A DNA stretch of 64,000 bases from the human T2T-CHM13v2.0 reference genome, Homo sapiens: assembly GCF_009914755.1 (NCBI RefSeq), contig NC_060932.1. The stretch is one strand, 5' to 3'. Positions 50,611-64,000 of this stretch are shown piece by piece; within the stretch, counting starts at the first letter, position 1; each line of letters starts with the position of its first letter. The notes beneath the pieces are model-generated. The model ran no database searches. It was not told where the DNA came from and worked only from the letters and a program-made list of their open reading frames with translations. The position numbers and the translations under genes are program-made.

Positions 50611-51648
50611 CGGTGGTCTTTAAAGAACACACAGCTAACACACACATGCACACATACACACTTACATTTACAGGTGGTTCTTGGTCAGAGAGAGATGGAA
50701 AGTCTAAATCACAACTTACTAAACTGAGTTTAAAATCAGATTTCCTGGTTCTTAAAAAAGAATGGGGAAGCTTTCTATGTACTGATATGGAAAATCCCCA
50801 AGATCTATTAGATAGAAAAGAAAGCAAGATATTGAACAATGTATGTAGTATGCTATAGTTTGCTGTATTTGTACATATGTAAAAACCTGTAAAGATACAA
50901 ATAAAAATCAAGGGGGTGAGAGTAGGAAAGCTTTGCTGAAGAGCAATTTGAAACTTGAAATTATAGTACTTATTAATAATTAAATTGAAATGTCAGTCTT
51001 CAGCATCTTAGCATTTTATTATTTTAGTTATTTGAAAATTCCATTCTGTATATGTAACTGAATAGAACCGCCGTTAGGCAGATGATGCAATAGCCTGTGT
51101 AAAGCAATAAATGGACTTGATAAATTTTAGGACCCTCCAAAACTTACCATCTGAAATGGGAAAAGACTGCCTGGGTAATACAGATGGTATGAGTGATTTC
51201 CGACTCACCAACTGATTGAATAATTCATAGACTGTCTCCCTGTCTGTGACAGAAGTGGACATTTAGAAACCTCCAGCTGTGTCAGCCCTGCCATATTGGT
51301 TGTTCTGAAAGTTTTGCTATTTCTAGAAAGAAGTATGCACCATCATTTCCTTCGATGTAACAGCCTATGCTAAATCATGCCTTGTTTCCACACCTCAGAT
51401 CCATACTAAATGTTCCTTTAGGACTGATAACTTCATCAAAGCAAAGGTGAGAATCCTTTGGTGAGCATTTTCAAAAGATGCTTGTGTAGGTTCTGCTCTC
51501 CTCTAGCAAAATGACAGAGTGGCCCCATCTTATATATTCTGAGAGCTTTCCTAACAATCCTAATGTACTTATCTGATGGAGAATCATTATCATAGGGCGA
51601 TTTCCAAAACTCCCCTGCTGACAGTCACCGAGGGGAACTTATTAAATA

Positions 51649-51999
51649 CAGATGCTCTTTGACATACTATGGGATTGTGTCCTGATAAACCCATCATAAA
51701 TTGAAAATATTGTAAGGCAAAAGTGTACTTAATACACCTAACCTACTGAATATCATAACTGAGCCTTGCCTGCTTAAAAGGTCTCAGAACACTTACATTA
51801 GCTTACAGTTGGACAAAATCATCTAACACAAAGCCTATTTTATAATAAAGTATTGAATATCTCATGTAATTTATTGAATACTGTATTGAAAGTGAAAACC
51901 AGAATGACTGTGTTGGTACTTGAAGTATGGTTTCTATTGAATGCATATTGCTTTCACACCATCATAAAGTCAAAAAAATCCTGAGTAGGGGACTGTCTG
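51649..51999. mobile_element. MER47A-like Tigger non-autonomous DNA transposon
   Basis: TA|cagatgctc ... ggggactgtctg|TA, about 350 bp; internal ctcagaacacttacattagc and aaaatcatctaacacaaagcctattttataataaag. Confidence 0.88.
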
Positions 52000-52019
52000 T
52001 ATACACATGCCCAGGTCAC

Positions 52020-52072
52020 CAATGCCAAGCCCACGGAATCAGATGAATTCTGATTCCGTGGGCTTGGCATTG
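52020..52072. repeat. Perfect inverted repeat, 24-bp arms, 5-nt spacer
   Basis: caatgccaagcccacggaatcaga-tgaat-tctgattccgtgggcttggcattg. Confidence 0.97.
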
Positions 52073-53319
52073 AGGTTCAGGAATCTGTGTTTTCAGGAAA
52101 TACACTGAGTGCTCTTCAGGGAAACATTGTTATAGGGTAATCCTCTCCTGTGGACTACCTTAGATTCTTTAAGCTAGTCAAATAAGTTCAAAGTTGTCTA
52201 ACACTAGTGATCCCAACATGACTTTATTTTTTTTCACATGAATTAGCTCTCAAAGTGCTTTCATAGTTATAAAGAATATCCTTCTCCTTGTCAATTTAAA
52301 ACCAAAATTCAAAGGTACTATATAATAGCATGTCTTCTAAGGATAAGTGTACAATGGATAGTTGACATTTACAAAACAAAACCAGCCATTATGAGGTGGC
52401 CTTGAAACCAAGACCTTAACAAAACCCTGATAACTAGGCCAAACCAGTGGGTGGACTTGTAAGTTGTCTTCTCTTGCCCAACATCTGGAGACTGAACTCA
52501 GGAGGTGCTGTCTAGGGACCACTGGTCTTGGGAAGTCTGTCTCTTTCATCCACCTAGGAGAAGTAGTGGGGCTCAGTATCTGGGATAAGTAAGCCCCAAA
52601 GAGCTCTGCTTTTAGGTGATGACACAGTAAAGTACTCCCTGCCCTAGCCCTTTGTGGTTTCCAGCCACTTTAGAATGGCTGGAACCCTTGATTGAGCTGA
52701 CGAGTTTCATATGGCCCTGGACTAGCTGGACATTGTGGCAACTGGGCACATTGGCCTGTCCCTGTTTGTGAGTATCAGCATCTGGATTAGCTGGATTTCC
52801 TGTCTACCACTCCTGGGGGTTAAGAGCAATGTTGAGACAGGAGGGGTATAGGGTTGAACACACAGGAAGAGAGTATGTTCAAGTGATCCTGGGACCACCT
52901 ACTTCAGATTTTTTTTCAAGATGCTCTTTATTGTTGGATGAAAAAAACCAAATTTTTCTTTTCTACTACTATAAGCGTGTGGTGACTGCTGAATCATATA
53001 TATCCCAAGAACTACTCTGTCCAAGCAGTAGTGGAATTTTGCCTACAAAATACAGCTTCTGAGGTCATTTTCATACTGACTATGGTGTATATTTTGTCTC
53101 TGATTAATGTCTGAGGAGGATCATCTTCAAATGCTGTTTCAGTTTATGATTCTTCCTGTCAAAGGCCACAGGTTACTTATTCTCAAAATGTATTGTTCTT
53201 TTAGATTGTTCCATGTTAACATAATTCATTAATTAAAATATTTAAAAATGTTAGAAAAGGTCTTTTCCACTCCTTACAGCTATTTCAGTGATGTGAATAT
53301 CATCTTCAAGATTTCCTTT

Positions 53320-54350
53320 TTTCATTTACTGAATATATATGTAGCAAGTACCTTCTAAATAGAGTGCTTTGTAATGGGTATAAGGTCGTTAACTCCCTGC
53401 CCTCAGGGAATTTACAGTCCACTGAAAGGATAGATATTAAATCAATATATCATTGCCAATTGTTGTGCTACAGAAGAAACAGTAGTGCTATAAAAAAGAA
53501 TAGCAAGGGATACTTTGAGTTAGATTGCAAGATCAGGGAAGGCCTCCCCATCCATCCCTGCACCCACCTACCCATCCATCCATTCATTTGTCCATTCATC
53601 CACCATTTATTCATCTATCTGCCTGCCTGCCCATGCATCCATCCATCCAACCATCCATCTACAGTCTATTTGTCCATTCACCCACCCATCCGTCTGTCTA
53701 TCCATTTATCCACTATCCACCCACCCGTTCATCCATACATCATCCATCCATCCATCCATCCACCTACCCACTCACCCATCCATCCATCACTCATCCATCC
53801 ATCCACCCACCCATTCATCCATCCATCATCCACCCACCCACTCACCCATTCATCCACCCACCATCTATCCACTCATTCATCCATCCATCCATGCATCTAC
53901 CATCTATTCATTCACCCATTTATCTACCCACCTTTTCATCCTTCATCCATCATCCACCCATCATCTATCCATCCACTATCCACCCATCTACACACCCATC
54001 CCTCTATGTGGTCGCCTTCCGCCCATCCACCCATCCATCCATCCATCCACCCATCCACCCATCCATTCTTCCAATAGATATTGCTCAGATGCTTCTCTAA
54101 GAAAGTGACATTTAAGCCGAGCTCTGGAGGATGAGTAGGAGACAGCCAGAAAAGTAAGTAGTTCAACTGGAGAAGAGGAAATAATTATGAAAAGAGTGTG
54201 GCACAATGAGTGTGGCACATTGAAGGGACTGAGAAGGCTCATTGAGCAAAGGAGAGGATCTTGGTGAGAGATGATGGTGGGGAGGAAGGCAGGGACCAGG
54301 GCCTGTTTGTGATCTTACTCTAAGAGTTCAGTAAGAAGCAATGACTGTTT
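53320..54350 (-). mobile_element. L2 fragments flanking the (CCAT)n array
   Basis: ccctgccctcagggaatttacagtc...tcagggaaggcctcc [array] gaaagtgacatttaagccgag...ggatgagtagg. Confidence 0.65.
53548..54067. repeat. Degenerate (CCAT)n/(CCAC)n tetranucleotide array, about 520 bp
   Basis: Read directly. Confidence 0.95.
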
Positions 54351-56217
54351 AGTCACTCCTCCCATAGCTGAGGTTGGGCAGAGAAAGCAAAATAGGCAGA
54401 AGTGTAGTATTAGAAAATACAAAAAGGTTGTTAAATTCTAGCCCTCCCTATTGGTTCTGATACGTATCCTGAAGCAAGATGTGACCCCTCTACTATAGAA
54501 CAGTGTTTATTTTTAAACTTGAGAAATCCAGGAATAACTTTTGAAAGAAAACAAAAATGTGTTCAGACCTTTCTCCCATGGTGGATTAAATTTTATTATT
54601 TTTATTTAAATTTACAATCATTGTATATGTGTACTTTGATACATAAAATATAAGATACACCTCCGTATGCTTATAGTTTATTTACAACATAAAGCTAACA
54701 TAATTGAAAACAAATAATATTCAAGTTAACAACCTGAATTTAGTGTGACAGATGATGTTTTTCATTTTAAAATGTTACGGTACTACCCATGGAGCCACAC
54801 TCCTAATTTCAGCCCATGCGTCCTGCTAGATGCTGTTCAGGACTCTGCTTTGTGATCTAGTAGGAAGTCTTTCTTTGTACAGTGTGCTGGCATACCATTT
54901 GGCTATTGCTCGGTGGAGATGCATCAATTATGTATTAGGTCTGCTTTTCTTCTCATTAGTCAGAAACAATTAAAGTAGAAGGACTTAGTGCCAAAGTCAG
55001 CCTAAACATAAACATAAAATCAGCCTCTGAAATCAAGTAACAGCCCATGGAGATGAAAAATCTGGAAAGAATCAGCAGACCCCTTAGGATACATGGGTGA
55101 ACTCCCATGGGTACGTGGACTTCTGTTTGGAATCCTGAGTGGATTATTCCTAGAGGAAAAAAAATAAAGGTAATGATTTCTTCTCACATAGATCCATAGG
55201 GACAGGATAAATTATACCTTTTAACATCCTAAAAAGGGATCATTAGACCCCAAGGTTTGGTATGGTCAAGATCAAGTGATCATTAAGATCTGAGACTAAG
55301 GAGAGACCAACTTGAGCGAGATCACACATCTCTGTGATTCCTGCTTATGGTATCCAGGACAAGCAGAATTAGAAAAAGGCGACTGAGAGGTCTTTGCCTC
55401 CTTGGCCATGTGGCTGAAAAAGGCTTAGAGAACTAGGCTCCAAAGTCAAGTCCACAAACTGATCCATTGGTTGTGGGAAGAAAATATAAGAGCCCTGGAA
55501 AACCTGAGCCCTGTTCTCAGGCACATAAAGAACAGTTCGCAAGGAAGTTTGAGTAGAGGCCCTGTAAAACTGAGAGCTCCAAACACTTTGTATAACTTGC
55601 CAAATGCAAAGAGCAGCCAATAAAAGAAATGTACATTTCATGACATGGCAGAAAGTGGTGTAGTCTCCATTTGTAAGCGGATTAGGTTAATATATATGAA
55701 ATATCAGCTTAAGCTAGTTTCACTGTTTTCACAAGTCTTCTCATCATTCAACAATGTTCATTACTTCAGGAGCAGAGGAGGTCAAATTACAAAGGGTGTA
55801 AACTTGAAACTTCCAACTTGAAAACGGATTTTAACTTTAGAAGAAATGATATGCAAGAGATCAAGGCTAATATTTGTAAGGTTCAGGTTTTGTTGAAAGG
55901 AGGAAAAAACGATTTATGGGGTTCCCCGAAATTATCAATTGGAGAATTGAATACAGGAGTTTGACTGTGAAACATAGATGAGGGAGGATGTAGGACATGA
56001 TATCAGAGCATTTTGGAGAGGTCTGCAAGAGGGAGTGGGGATAGAAGTTTCCAGATTTGAGTATCTGAGGGCACAAGTGTCTCAAATGAGACTTCCTCTC
56101 TATGTCTTAGGAGAAGTTGTGTTAGCAGCCTCATCAAATATTCAGAACCAACTCAGGACAGCCACTGTAGGATAGAGGGGTTGGTTTTGGGTATTTAGGC
56201 AGAGCCTGAGATAGCCC

Positions 56218-56641
56218 TGTAGCGGACCCTCTAGTGCTGCACAGACACACTTCTGGGATCCAGCATTCAGTTGCTCAGTTGATGTGAGTGTTGGCAGCTG
56301 ATGCCTGTGACTGAGTCCTTCTCCCAGAATTGCTCTTAGCCAAAGAGGGCCTCCTAGTGAGAGGCCATGCGAACTCGCTGGGGGCAGCCCACATCGAATA
56401 ACTGATAGACTGTCGGGGAGATAAAGGTCTGGCTCCCTTGCCTCAATTGGAGCAGCTCACAAAAGCTGTCCCAGCTCCAGTTCCCTGTACACTCAGCTTC
56501 TTTGCAACTGTGTGGCAGCTCTAACTTCTCTCTGCTCAACCTGGCTCCCCTCACTTCTATGGATGTTGTATGGAGAACTCTTGCGAATAAACCTTCTGTA
56601 AGCAAATCTCAAAGTCTGTTTCCTGTGAAGCTGTAGCTACA
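56218..56641 (+). mobile_element. LTR16C-like solo LTR (ERV-L class)
   Basis: TG...CA termini; ggggcagcccacatc, ataaaggtctggctcccttgcctcaa, aataaaccttctgtaagcaaatctcaaagtctgtttcc. Confidence 0.75.
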
Positions 56642-59600
56642 ACAAGCCTCTGTAGGTCCTCTGGGTCATGAATTGAAGTTTGGAAGAAACTGGAGATGAG
56701 TTCTCCTGGCCTAACCTAGGTAAGAGTTGCAAGCTGGTGGGCTGCCGGTGGGTTGCTGTGGTGCAGTGAGAGGTGAGGCTTTGGGTGTGCATCACAAAGG
56801 GACAGGCTGGATGGAAGACATGGCTGTATTTCACAGGATCAGTTAGAGCCAAGATTGAGTCAGCCTTAGGGAGGAGGAGTGGCCACCCACACGCTGACTG
56901 TGCTGGGAGGCTTGACCAAGAGTGACCTCAGATATGAAGCTTTCAGCAGATGCAGCAAGGCCAGAGGTCAAGTGCCAAAGATGGTGGAAAAGGCACTTAA
57001 AGGGAGGCCAGTGAGGACAAGAGGATGTTTCTTAAACCAGATGCCCCTCCCCTGAGGCAAGAGGATACCAAGCCACCCGAAAACTAGATCCGTTCTCCAC
57101 CCTTCCTCCCACCACCAGAGGGACAGAGAAAGGTGACTGAATATTTACCTGAAAAAGGATTATATTATACTAGAGGTAGCCAAGTTTCCCTGAAAGGGAC
57201 AAAATGAAGAGTTTTTCCACCATCAGTAGAAATGGGTCTTTAGAATTACTAATTTTGGTCCTAGAGAAATAAGATAGCTTCATTTGTACACATCTGTGAT
57301 GTAATTGTGCAGAAATATGCAACTGAAAAGAGGGAAGAAAAAAACACGTCAGTGCAGAAAAGCCATATATGTGATATATATATTCATTTATTGTAAGATT
57401 ATATATATATTTACATATATATATCACTTTCTTGGCACTAAGAACCAGGTCTTGTTCTAAGGCTATTATTTAAATAATTCTATAGTTTATGGACTTCTCA
57501 GTCTCAGAAAATTAGCCGAGCCTTCAGCTGATAGTGCACTTTTCAACCTGAATGTTGAAAAGGTATTTCCCCGGCAGACAGCCAGAAACATTGGAATGTG
57601 GAGCACAACTCCTGTGTATTGTCATTTTAAGACTGAACGGACAGGTTGAGCATGAACTACAATGGATCCAAAGGAAACTTGCTAGAGTGAGGTTAAATGT
57701 CCCTGCACTAAAATGCAAACAAGGCTCTTGTTCTCAGCCTTTTGATTTTTCTAACTGCTTTTTCAGAGATTTCTCTCATTTAATTCTCACAACAAGCCTA
57801 GAAGGTGGCTACTGTTATGACCTTAATTTTACAGAGGAAATGGCATCTTCAAGCACTTCCACACCTGGGCTGTGGCCAAGCGGGGCTCTACACCCACAGC
57901 CCATGCTCATCACCTCTGCAACCTGCAGCCTCCGCTATACTGTTCTGCTTCTGTGTACATTTCAAATCAAATTTGCAGAAGAGCACAAAGAATCTGAACA
58001 GTCATTTTAGCAAAGCTAAAATGTCACATGCATATGATGAACTAGGTGCATACAGACATGGAGGGAGCCAAAATCAGTCTCATTTGTTGTTTTTCTTTCT
58101 TTCTTTCTTTCTTTCCTTTTTACAACCCCAAAAAGCAGGAAGAGTCCTTCTCTTTTGGTGCATCATGTAATGCATGTTGTAATTAGTTATTTATGTATCT
58201 AAGTCCTTCATTTAGAAAACCTGTGTATACTTACGTCCCAGGAGCCGTCACCTGTGCCTTGTATCATTTTATCCTTAATTGGAGTTTCGGTGGCTTGTCA
58301 TTTAGTTTCTTTCACGTCACAAAAGAGGAGTGTCTTAGGAAGAGTGGAGAGACTGAGCTCACACACAGGCAAGTAGAAAATCTTCAAGTGTTCTGGCAAC
58401 ACTTGGACACTCCCAACACTCCGCAGTGAAAAAGCCAATATTTGCCAAATTTCTAAGCTGTGCTTATCAGTCAAACTGTTTTTTTCACCCCCCGCTCCCC
58501 CCGCCCCCACCCTTTATCCATCTTTTCTTTCCTTAACAAGGTTACCACCAATAGCTGTTTATGGTACTAGTGGGATGCTAACAGTACACGTTTAAAATGT
58601 AGGCCAACAGATTTTGAAGCTTTTGATGACATACAGCAGATAGATTTGGAAATGCCTAAGAACTTCTCATTTTAACTTTCCTCCTGATAGAATCTATTTG
58701 TATCACTGGTTTTAGTCTTGTAGACTTGGAGGGAGTGGTGAAAGATGAACAGGCAGGGCTCAGCCACAAGGGGAGAAAAACGTCATCCACCCCCCAGAAT
58801 AGCAACAGCAATAAATATGGTCATGTCGCTCTTCTGCTGAGGCTAAAACGACAGACAGGATCACATTTACGGCACCCAGCAGGCCCACTGCTATGAGGGG
58901 TGGCTCAGGGCTTTGGAAGCAACGTGTACAAAAGTTGGTGCTGATTTCAGAGCTGTGACTTAGCACAGAAAGAAACAGGGCATAGGGTCTAGACCCCAAC
59001 TCAGAGCTAGAAGGGGCTTGGCACCCTCTTGGCCACAGGGGAGGACATTCTAAATCAGCTTTCAGGACAACTGGCTCAGGGCTCTTGAGAGCGGAGCTGA
59101 GAACTTCCCTGCATGTCTGCCTGAGAACTTGCTGTTGTCTGCAGCTGCCACAGCCGTGAAGGCCCAGATGTAATCAGGAAGGTAAAAAAGAGGGCTCTCA
59201 TTGATCATCAGTTATTTAAAGAGGGCCCATCAGATTTCAGTGACTTCTTTGCACAGAATCAGCACCTTTGCTCTGGGAAGTCTAACAGGAAGGAATATCT
59301 CCCTTACTTCAAAACTCATCAAGGCTTCCCTTCCAGACCAAGCCACTGGATTTTAGCCATTAAGGCTCTAGATGCCTCAACTTCATCTCTCTATTTTCAT
59401 ATATATTCCAATTTCATATACTAAATGTCCATATCTCTGGGGAGTTGTGTTTTTACCATCTTCTTTTGGCACTTGAAACTGGTAGGATGGGGCTTATGCA
59501 TTTTCATAACTTGCATACAGCAGGAGTCTCTTAGGCTGAATAGTTTTCAAGCTAACATATGTAGCTGATTCTTCATATGTGCTTTGGAAACCAAGGCATC

Positions 59601-61234
59601 ACCTGAATTTGACCAGTTTCCCTTTTTTCTGTTAAACTTCCCTGCTCCAAAATGATGCAGTTTCATAAAGTGAAGCTTTTCCGCTCTGCCATATTTGTGG
59701 TTCACCGACTTTTCCAACCTGTCCCCGCAGGGAATCCCTGGAAGCAGGTTCACTTTGGCCACATCACCCCTTTCTCTCATGGAACTTTAGTAACCACAGA
59801 CTCAACTCCGTGCTTTCATTTGTTTCAATTACATACTGAGGATTTAAATTGATCTTTTCTTTATGGATTGCAATATTACTTTTATTTGAAAAATATAGTA
59901 CTTAAGTGAAAGCCAATGTTGTTTTACACTTTGGTGTCTCTGTAAAATTCAGCACTATATTCTATTGTCACTGTTATCTTATGCTTCTTTAGGATCTTAT
60001 TAAGACAAACAAGGTAAGTGAAGTATGTTTTTATAGTACTGTAATCATTCTCATATTTGTGCTGTCACTGACCTTGGTAACGGGTGGTTAAGAAAAAAAA
60101 AATCATACCGGTGTGTTGAAGCTGGTGCCAAAGAAACATAAATGATTATTGCTGCTCATTGTCTGCTGCTGCCCAGAACTTTAACTTGCCCTATTTATAC
60201 AGTTACAAAGCAAAATCTTACTTAGAGAAACCTTTGCAACATTAGCATTTTCTTTCTTTAAAGCTTATGTCTCTGAGTTTTTATGCCGTGTTTCTCACGT
60301 AGCCAGAGACAATGCAGACATAAATTAACTTTTCTGTGTATTATTTAGTGACGAAAAGAACACAACAGCAAGGATGTTTGAAAAATAAATTCCAGTGTAT
60401 TCTTAAATACTCTAATTTGAATGACAAAGCTATATTCCAAATGATCTTAAGTCTCTGGAAAGATTCCTTTAAATATGAAAAGAGAATGATAAAATAAGAT
60501 GTCCAGGAAGACTACTTGAATCATTTACTGGGAAATAGCAAGAAAAAGGCACTCTCCACTGAGAGGATAGTTAAAATGTACAGAAACACATTTTAAATTA
60601 GTAAGAAAGCACTTAACTTTAGGAAATATAACTAATTAAAAGCTGCAATTTCAAACCTAAGCATTAAGTATCCTCTGTGCAGTGTGCGTTTCTAAGATTG
60701 TGTCTAAAATATCCTACAGGCTTTTATAGTTGCATTTATAAATATAACTCTTAATTATTCTTAATAAGACAAATGTTTGTGATACTATTAGTTTTATTCA
60801 AATATTGGATGACAGTGGGAAGTGCCTCCTTTTTTTCTCCTAGATTTTTCTTACTTTCATACTATAAGTGATTTTTGCAGAATATTAATATAACCATTGA
60901 GATGTTCTTTTAATGATTTTCAACAGGCTTAGCATGAAGTCAAGAAAAGAATCTGTGGAAATATGAGTAGTATTTAAGAATTTTTATTATTTGTTATTTC
61001 TTTCATCAACTGTAATTTCCAGCTAGTGGTGATTATTTCACATGTATTTTTGAAGTATAAATACCTAAAATTCATTGTAAACCATTAGAGAGAATTGCCA
61101 AAAATGAAGTTACAGAGTGCAGCCAATCTAGCAGGATACACTGGAGAATACATTATTAGCTGACATTTACCCAGAGTATTCAAAAAGTCAGTTATTTTTA
61201 CCATTCTATCATTATTATCTATTATACTTCTTAT

Positions 61235-61435
61235 GTGCCATGTGCTAAAATTGTGTTAGTTAACATGTTAAAAATCACAATGAATCCTCAAAATATCCCA
61301 ATAAAGGTGGTGTAATTACTTTACCTGGATTATAGATGAGGAAGCCGTGCCCATGATCACATAGCTAGTGAGCAGTGAAGCCAGATTTGAATCCAGTTCT
61401 GGCTTTAGATTTTGAGCTCTTAACTACAACTCCAT
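61235..61435 (-). mobile_element. MIR SINE
   Basis: tatagatgaggaa...gcccatgatcacatagctagtgagcagtgaagccagatttgaatccag. Confidence 0.8.
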
Positions 61436-62074
61436 ATTCTGGAGTGAAGGGTAATGCTATGTTACAGTGGAGAAATTACATGGTGAAGCCATTGCCCTCA
61501 TACACTGGGAAGATTCCATGACCGAATCAATGTGTCCAAAAGCCAAGAAACTGAACTGAAGTCAGGCTGTGTTGCCAATAGGTAAAGAGAGGGCTCTAGA
61601 GTTGGTTCTGCATACAAGCTGAGGCAAGTGGTAGGCCACACCGAGGCTGTGGGAAATGATTAGAGCATACAGTGAGTTTGCAGCTAGAAGCGCTGGGTTT
61701 TAGTTCCAGCTCTACTGATTATTAGTGAGGTAGTGAACTTCACACCTCAGTGCTAATTTCTTATTTCTACTGGAAGGGTTGTTGGAAAAATCAAATGAGT
61801 ACTGTTTACAAAGGCACTTTGTAAGCTTTTAGAAGGAAATTAGATATTATTAAAGCAATGTTGGGACAAATTTGTAATAAGTGTTGGTTTACTTTTAGCA
61901 GGATATTCTCTCTACTCTGTTTCTCCCAGTTTTTTTCTATGAACTCAAAACAATCTTGGGCAAAAATTTCCTAAGGTAAAATAATTAGTGACTTAAGGAA
62001 TAGGTGATATTTATATGTAGGACTAGTGAAATCAAACTGATGACTGTGATTGTGCCTCATACAGTAAGGCCAGA

Positions 62075-62310
62075 TCGTGTAGTGGTAAGAACACAGTCTC
62101 TGGACCAGACTGTTGGGTTTAAGTCCCAATTTTGACATGAACAGTGTGAGTTTGGGAAAATTTTTGTTCCTCAGTATCCTCATCAGTAAAACAGGGATGA
62201 GGATTTCTCCCTGCTTTAAGGGATTTTGCAAGTGTTAAGTACAATATACATATAAAGCCCTTAAAACATTTCCTGGCACACAGAAAACACTCTAAGAAAT
62301 ATTAGCAACC
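62075..62310 (+). mobile_element. MIR SINE
   Basis: gtgtagtggtaagaac...cctcagtatcctcatcagtaaaacagggat...cctggcaca. Confidence 0.8.
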
Positions 62311-62934
62311 ACGTGGTGCAAATGCATCTTTGATTGGTCTATATTCATATACTTATTCTGAATATGTACACCGTTCATCACAGAAGAGATGGATGAAAGA
62401 GCATAGATAGATATGTCAAATATTTTTCACAAGAAAAGTGAATTTTCACTTAAAGTGAATTTCCTATTAAAAGAACTTAGTGCATCATTAACATTATTAG
62501 CCATTCTTTGGGAAACTAGAATATTAAACTATTATAAGTCTACAGTAACCTCAAAGCAAAGGTGTCCTGACTTAATGAGTTGCACTTGTTATTAAATATG
62601 ATTATTTGTTCTGGGATGCATTGAAAGAAAACATTTTAGAGTTTCAAAATCAAGTCTGGGCTGTTCTAAGGTTGTTGAGGCTTTTGCTTAGAAGCCCTCA
62701 GAGGGTAATCTATGGTTTTTGAGGGGAAGGTGGTGGAATCTTAGCACCATGAACCTGGGGCCTCTAACTGGTGGCTTGACACCATGAGGTTTTTACCAGA
62801 TCGTTTTGTGGAGGTTGTTTCAAGTTATTTATCCTTTTCTTTTAGACTCTCACTATTCTGCTCTGAAAATTTTACAGATGAGGGAAAACTAGGGATTGAG
62901 AATTGAGACGGTTCATCAATTATACACTAAATTG

Positions 62935-63097
62935 ATAGTTTGTAAATTTTACCTGCATGAGAAAAACCTGGAGGGCTTGTTAAAACAGATTTCTAGACTC
63001 CACCCCCAGAGTTTCTGATTGAGTAGAATATGCATTTCTAAGAAGTTAGGTAATTTTGCACTTCTTGTCAGGGGCCCATACTTTTTGAAACACTGCA
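62935..63097. mobile_element. MER5A (hAT-Charlie)
   Basis: acctggagggcttgttaaaacagatt...ccacccccagagtttctgatt...tgcatttctaa. Confidence 0.85.
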
Positions 63098-63734
63098 ATA
63101 AATCAAATACAGTACAGGAGTCAAGTTGATTGGAACTCTGGTAAACTAGCCAGAACCATCACAGTTCTTTATCAAATCAATGTACTTGATGAACCATCTT
63201 TTTATCTCATTTAATGAGATAATATTTAGAATTTTATGGACACTTGAGAATATCAGCTAACAAGAATTGTTCACATTCAAAATAAAAATTCTCAAGAAAA
63301 AATTTTTAAAATAATGACACCCCTTTTTTTGTGGGGGGTACAGTGCTTCTTGGTCCCCAACGCATTGTTCCCAGCATATTGATCACAGAGCCCCTTTGAC
63401 ACAGTATACCTTTGTCATGGCACTGAACCTTGATCACTGAGCACCTGTCCACAGTGTGCTGTGGTTCTAGTATGGCTTGGCCACACGCAGTTTGCTTGCT
63501 TTCTTAAGCCTGTGTCTATGTGGGTGAACACCCCCTCCCCTGCCCTTTATTCTTATGTGTATCCCAATTAAAAATCTTATGTAATTCACATGGATCAGAT
63601 TACTGGCATGCATCAAGGCTGAGCAGACAAAGTAGTTTCTGGGTGTTTATTAATAGTATTAACATTGCTACTGTCAGGAGAAAGTGGAGACAATTCTATT
63701 TTTTTTCTACAGGTATAAAAGATCTTTTTTAAAT

Positions 63735-64000
63735 GGCTGAGCATAGTGGCTCACGCCTGTAATCCTAGCACTTTGGGAGGCGGAGGCGGGTGGATCACGA
63801 GATCAGGAGTTCGAGACTAGCCTGGCCAACATGGTAAACCCCGTCTGTACTAAAAATACAAAAATTAGCCGGACCAAGTGGGATGCACCTGTAATCTCAG
63901 CTACTCAGGAGGCTGAGGCAGGAGAATTGCTTGAACCCAGGAGGCGGAGGTTGCTGTGAGCCAAGATCATGCCATTGCACTCTAGCTCTGGGCGACAGAG
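63735..64000 (+). mobile_element. AluS (Sg-like), cut by the window edge
   Basis: ggctgagcatagtggctcacgcctgtaatc... dimeric Alu running to the end of the window. Confidence 0.95.

Larger units (their letters stand above)
51592..52132. mobile_element. MER5-family element interrupted by MER47A
   Basis: agtcaccgaggggaacttattaaata [insert] cacatgcccagg...tctgattcc...caggaatctgtgtttt. Confidence 0.6.

Noticed and set aside
53364-54242. Long His/Pro/Ser/Ile-rich ORFs (237 and 191 aa) and Trp/Met-rich antisense ORFs
   Set aside because: Translations of the (CCAT)n array, which lacks stop codons

Overview
Vertebrate (almost certainly human/great ape) genomic DNA containing the 5' part of JPH1 (junctophilin-1) on the minus strand. 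It includes a CpG-island promoter, coding exon 1 (40203-40581), a 5.3-kb intron 1, coding exon 2 (34155-34914) and more than 34 kb of intron 2 running off the left edge. About 23 kb of upstream DNA lies to the right; from memory this points toward the head-to-head neighbour GDAP1, whose coding exons are not visible here. The rest is interspersed repeats: Alu, L1 (one twin-primed 5'-inverted L1PA), L2, MIR, MER57 and LTR16 LTRs, a decayed ERV-L-class provirus, MADE1/MADE2, MER5, MER47A, MER96B and simple repeats. Repeat names are recognised from memory, not from a search, so subfamilies and old-repeat boundaries are approximate. I see no evidence of a new multi-gene system. The best leads are: (1) a spliced 144-codon alternative ORF inside JPH1 whose AUG has a stronger Kozak context than the JPH1 AUG; (2) a perfect 24-bp inverted repeat inside an ancient MER5 element; (3) a 112-bp local duplication fused to an Alu fragment; (4) a cluster of five CACGTG E-boxes and a GGC/AGG repeat at the promoter.
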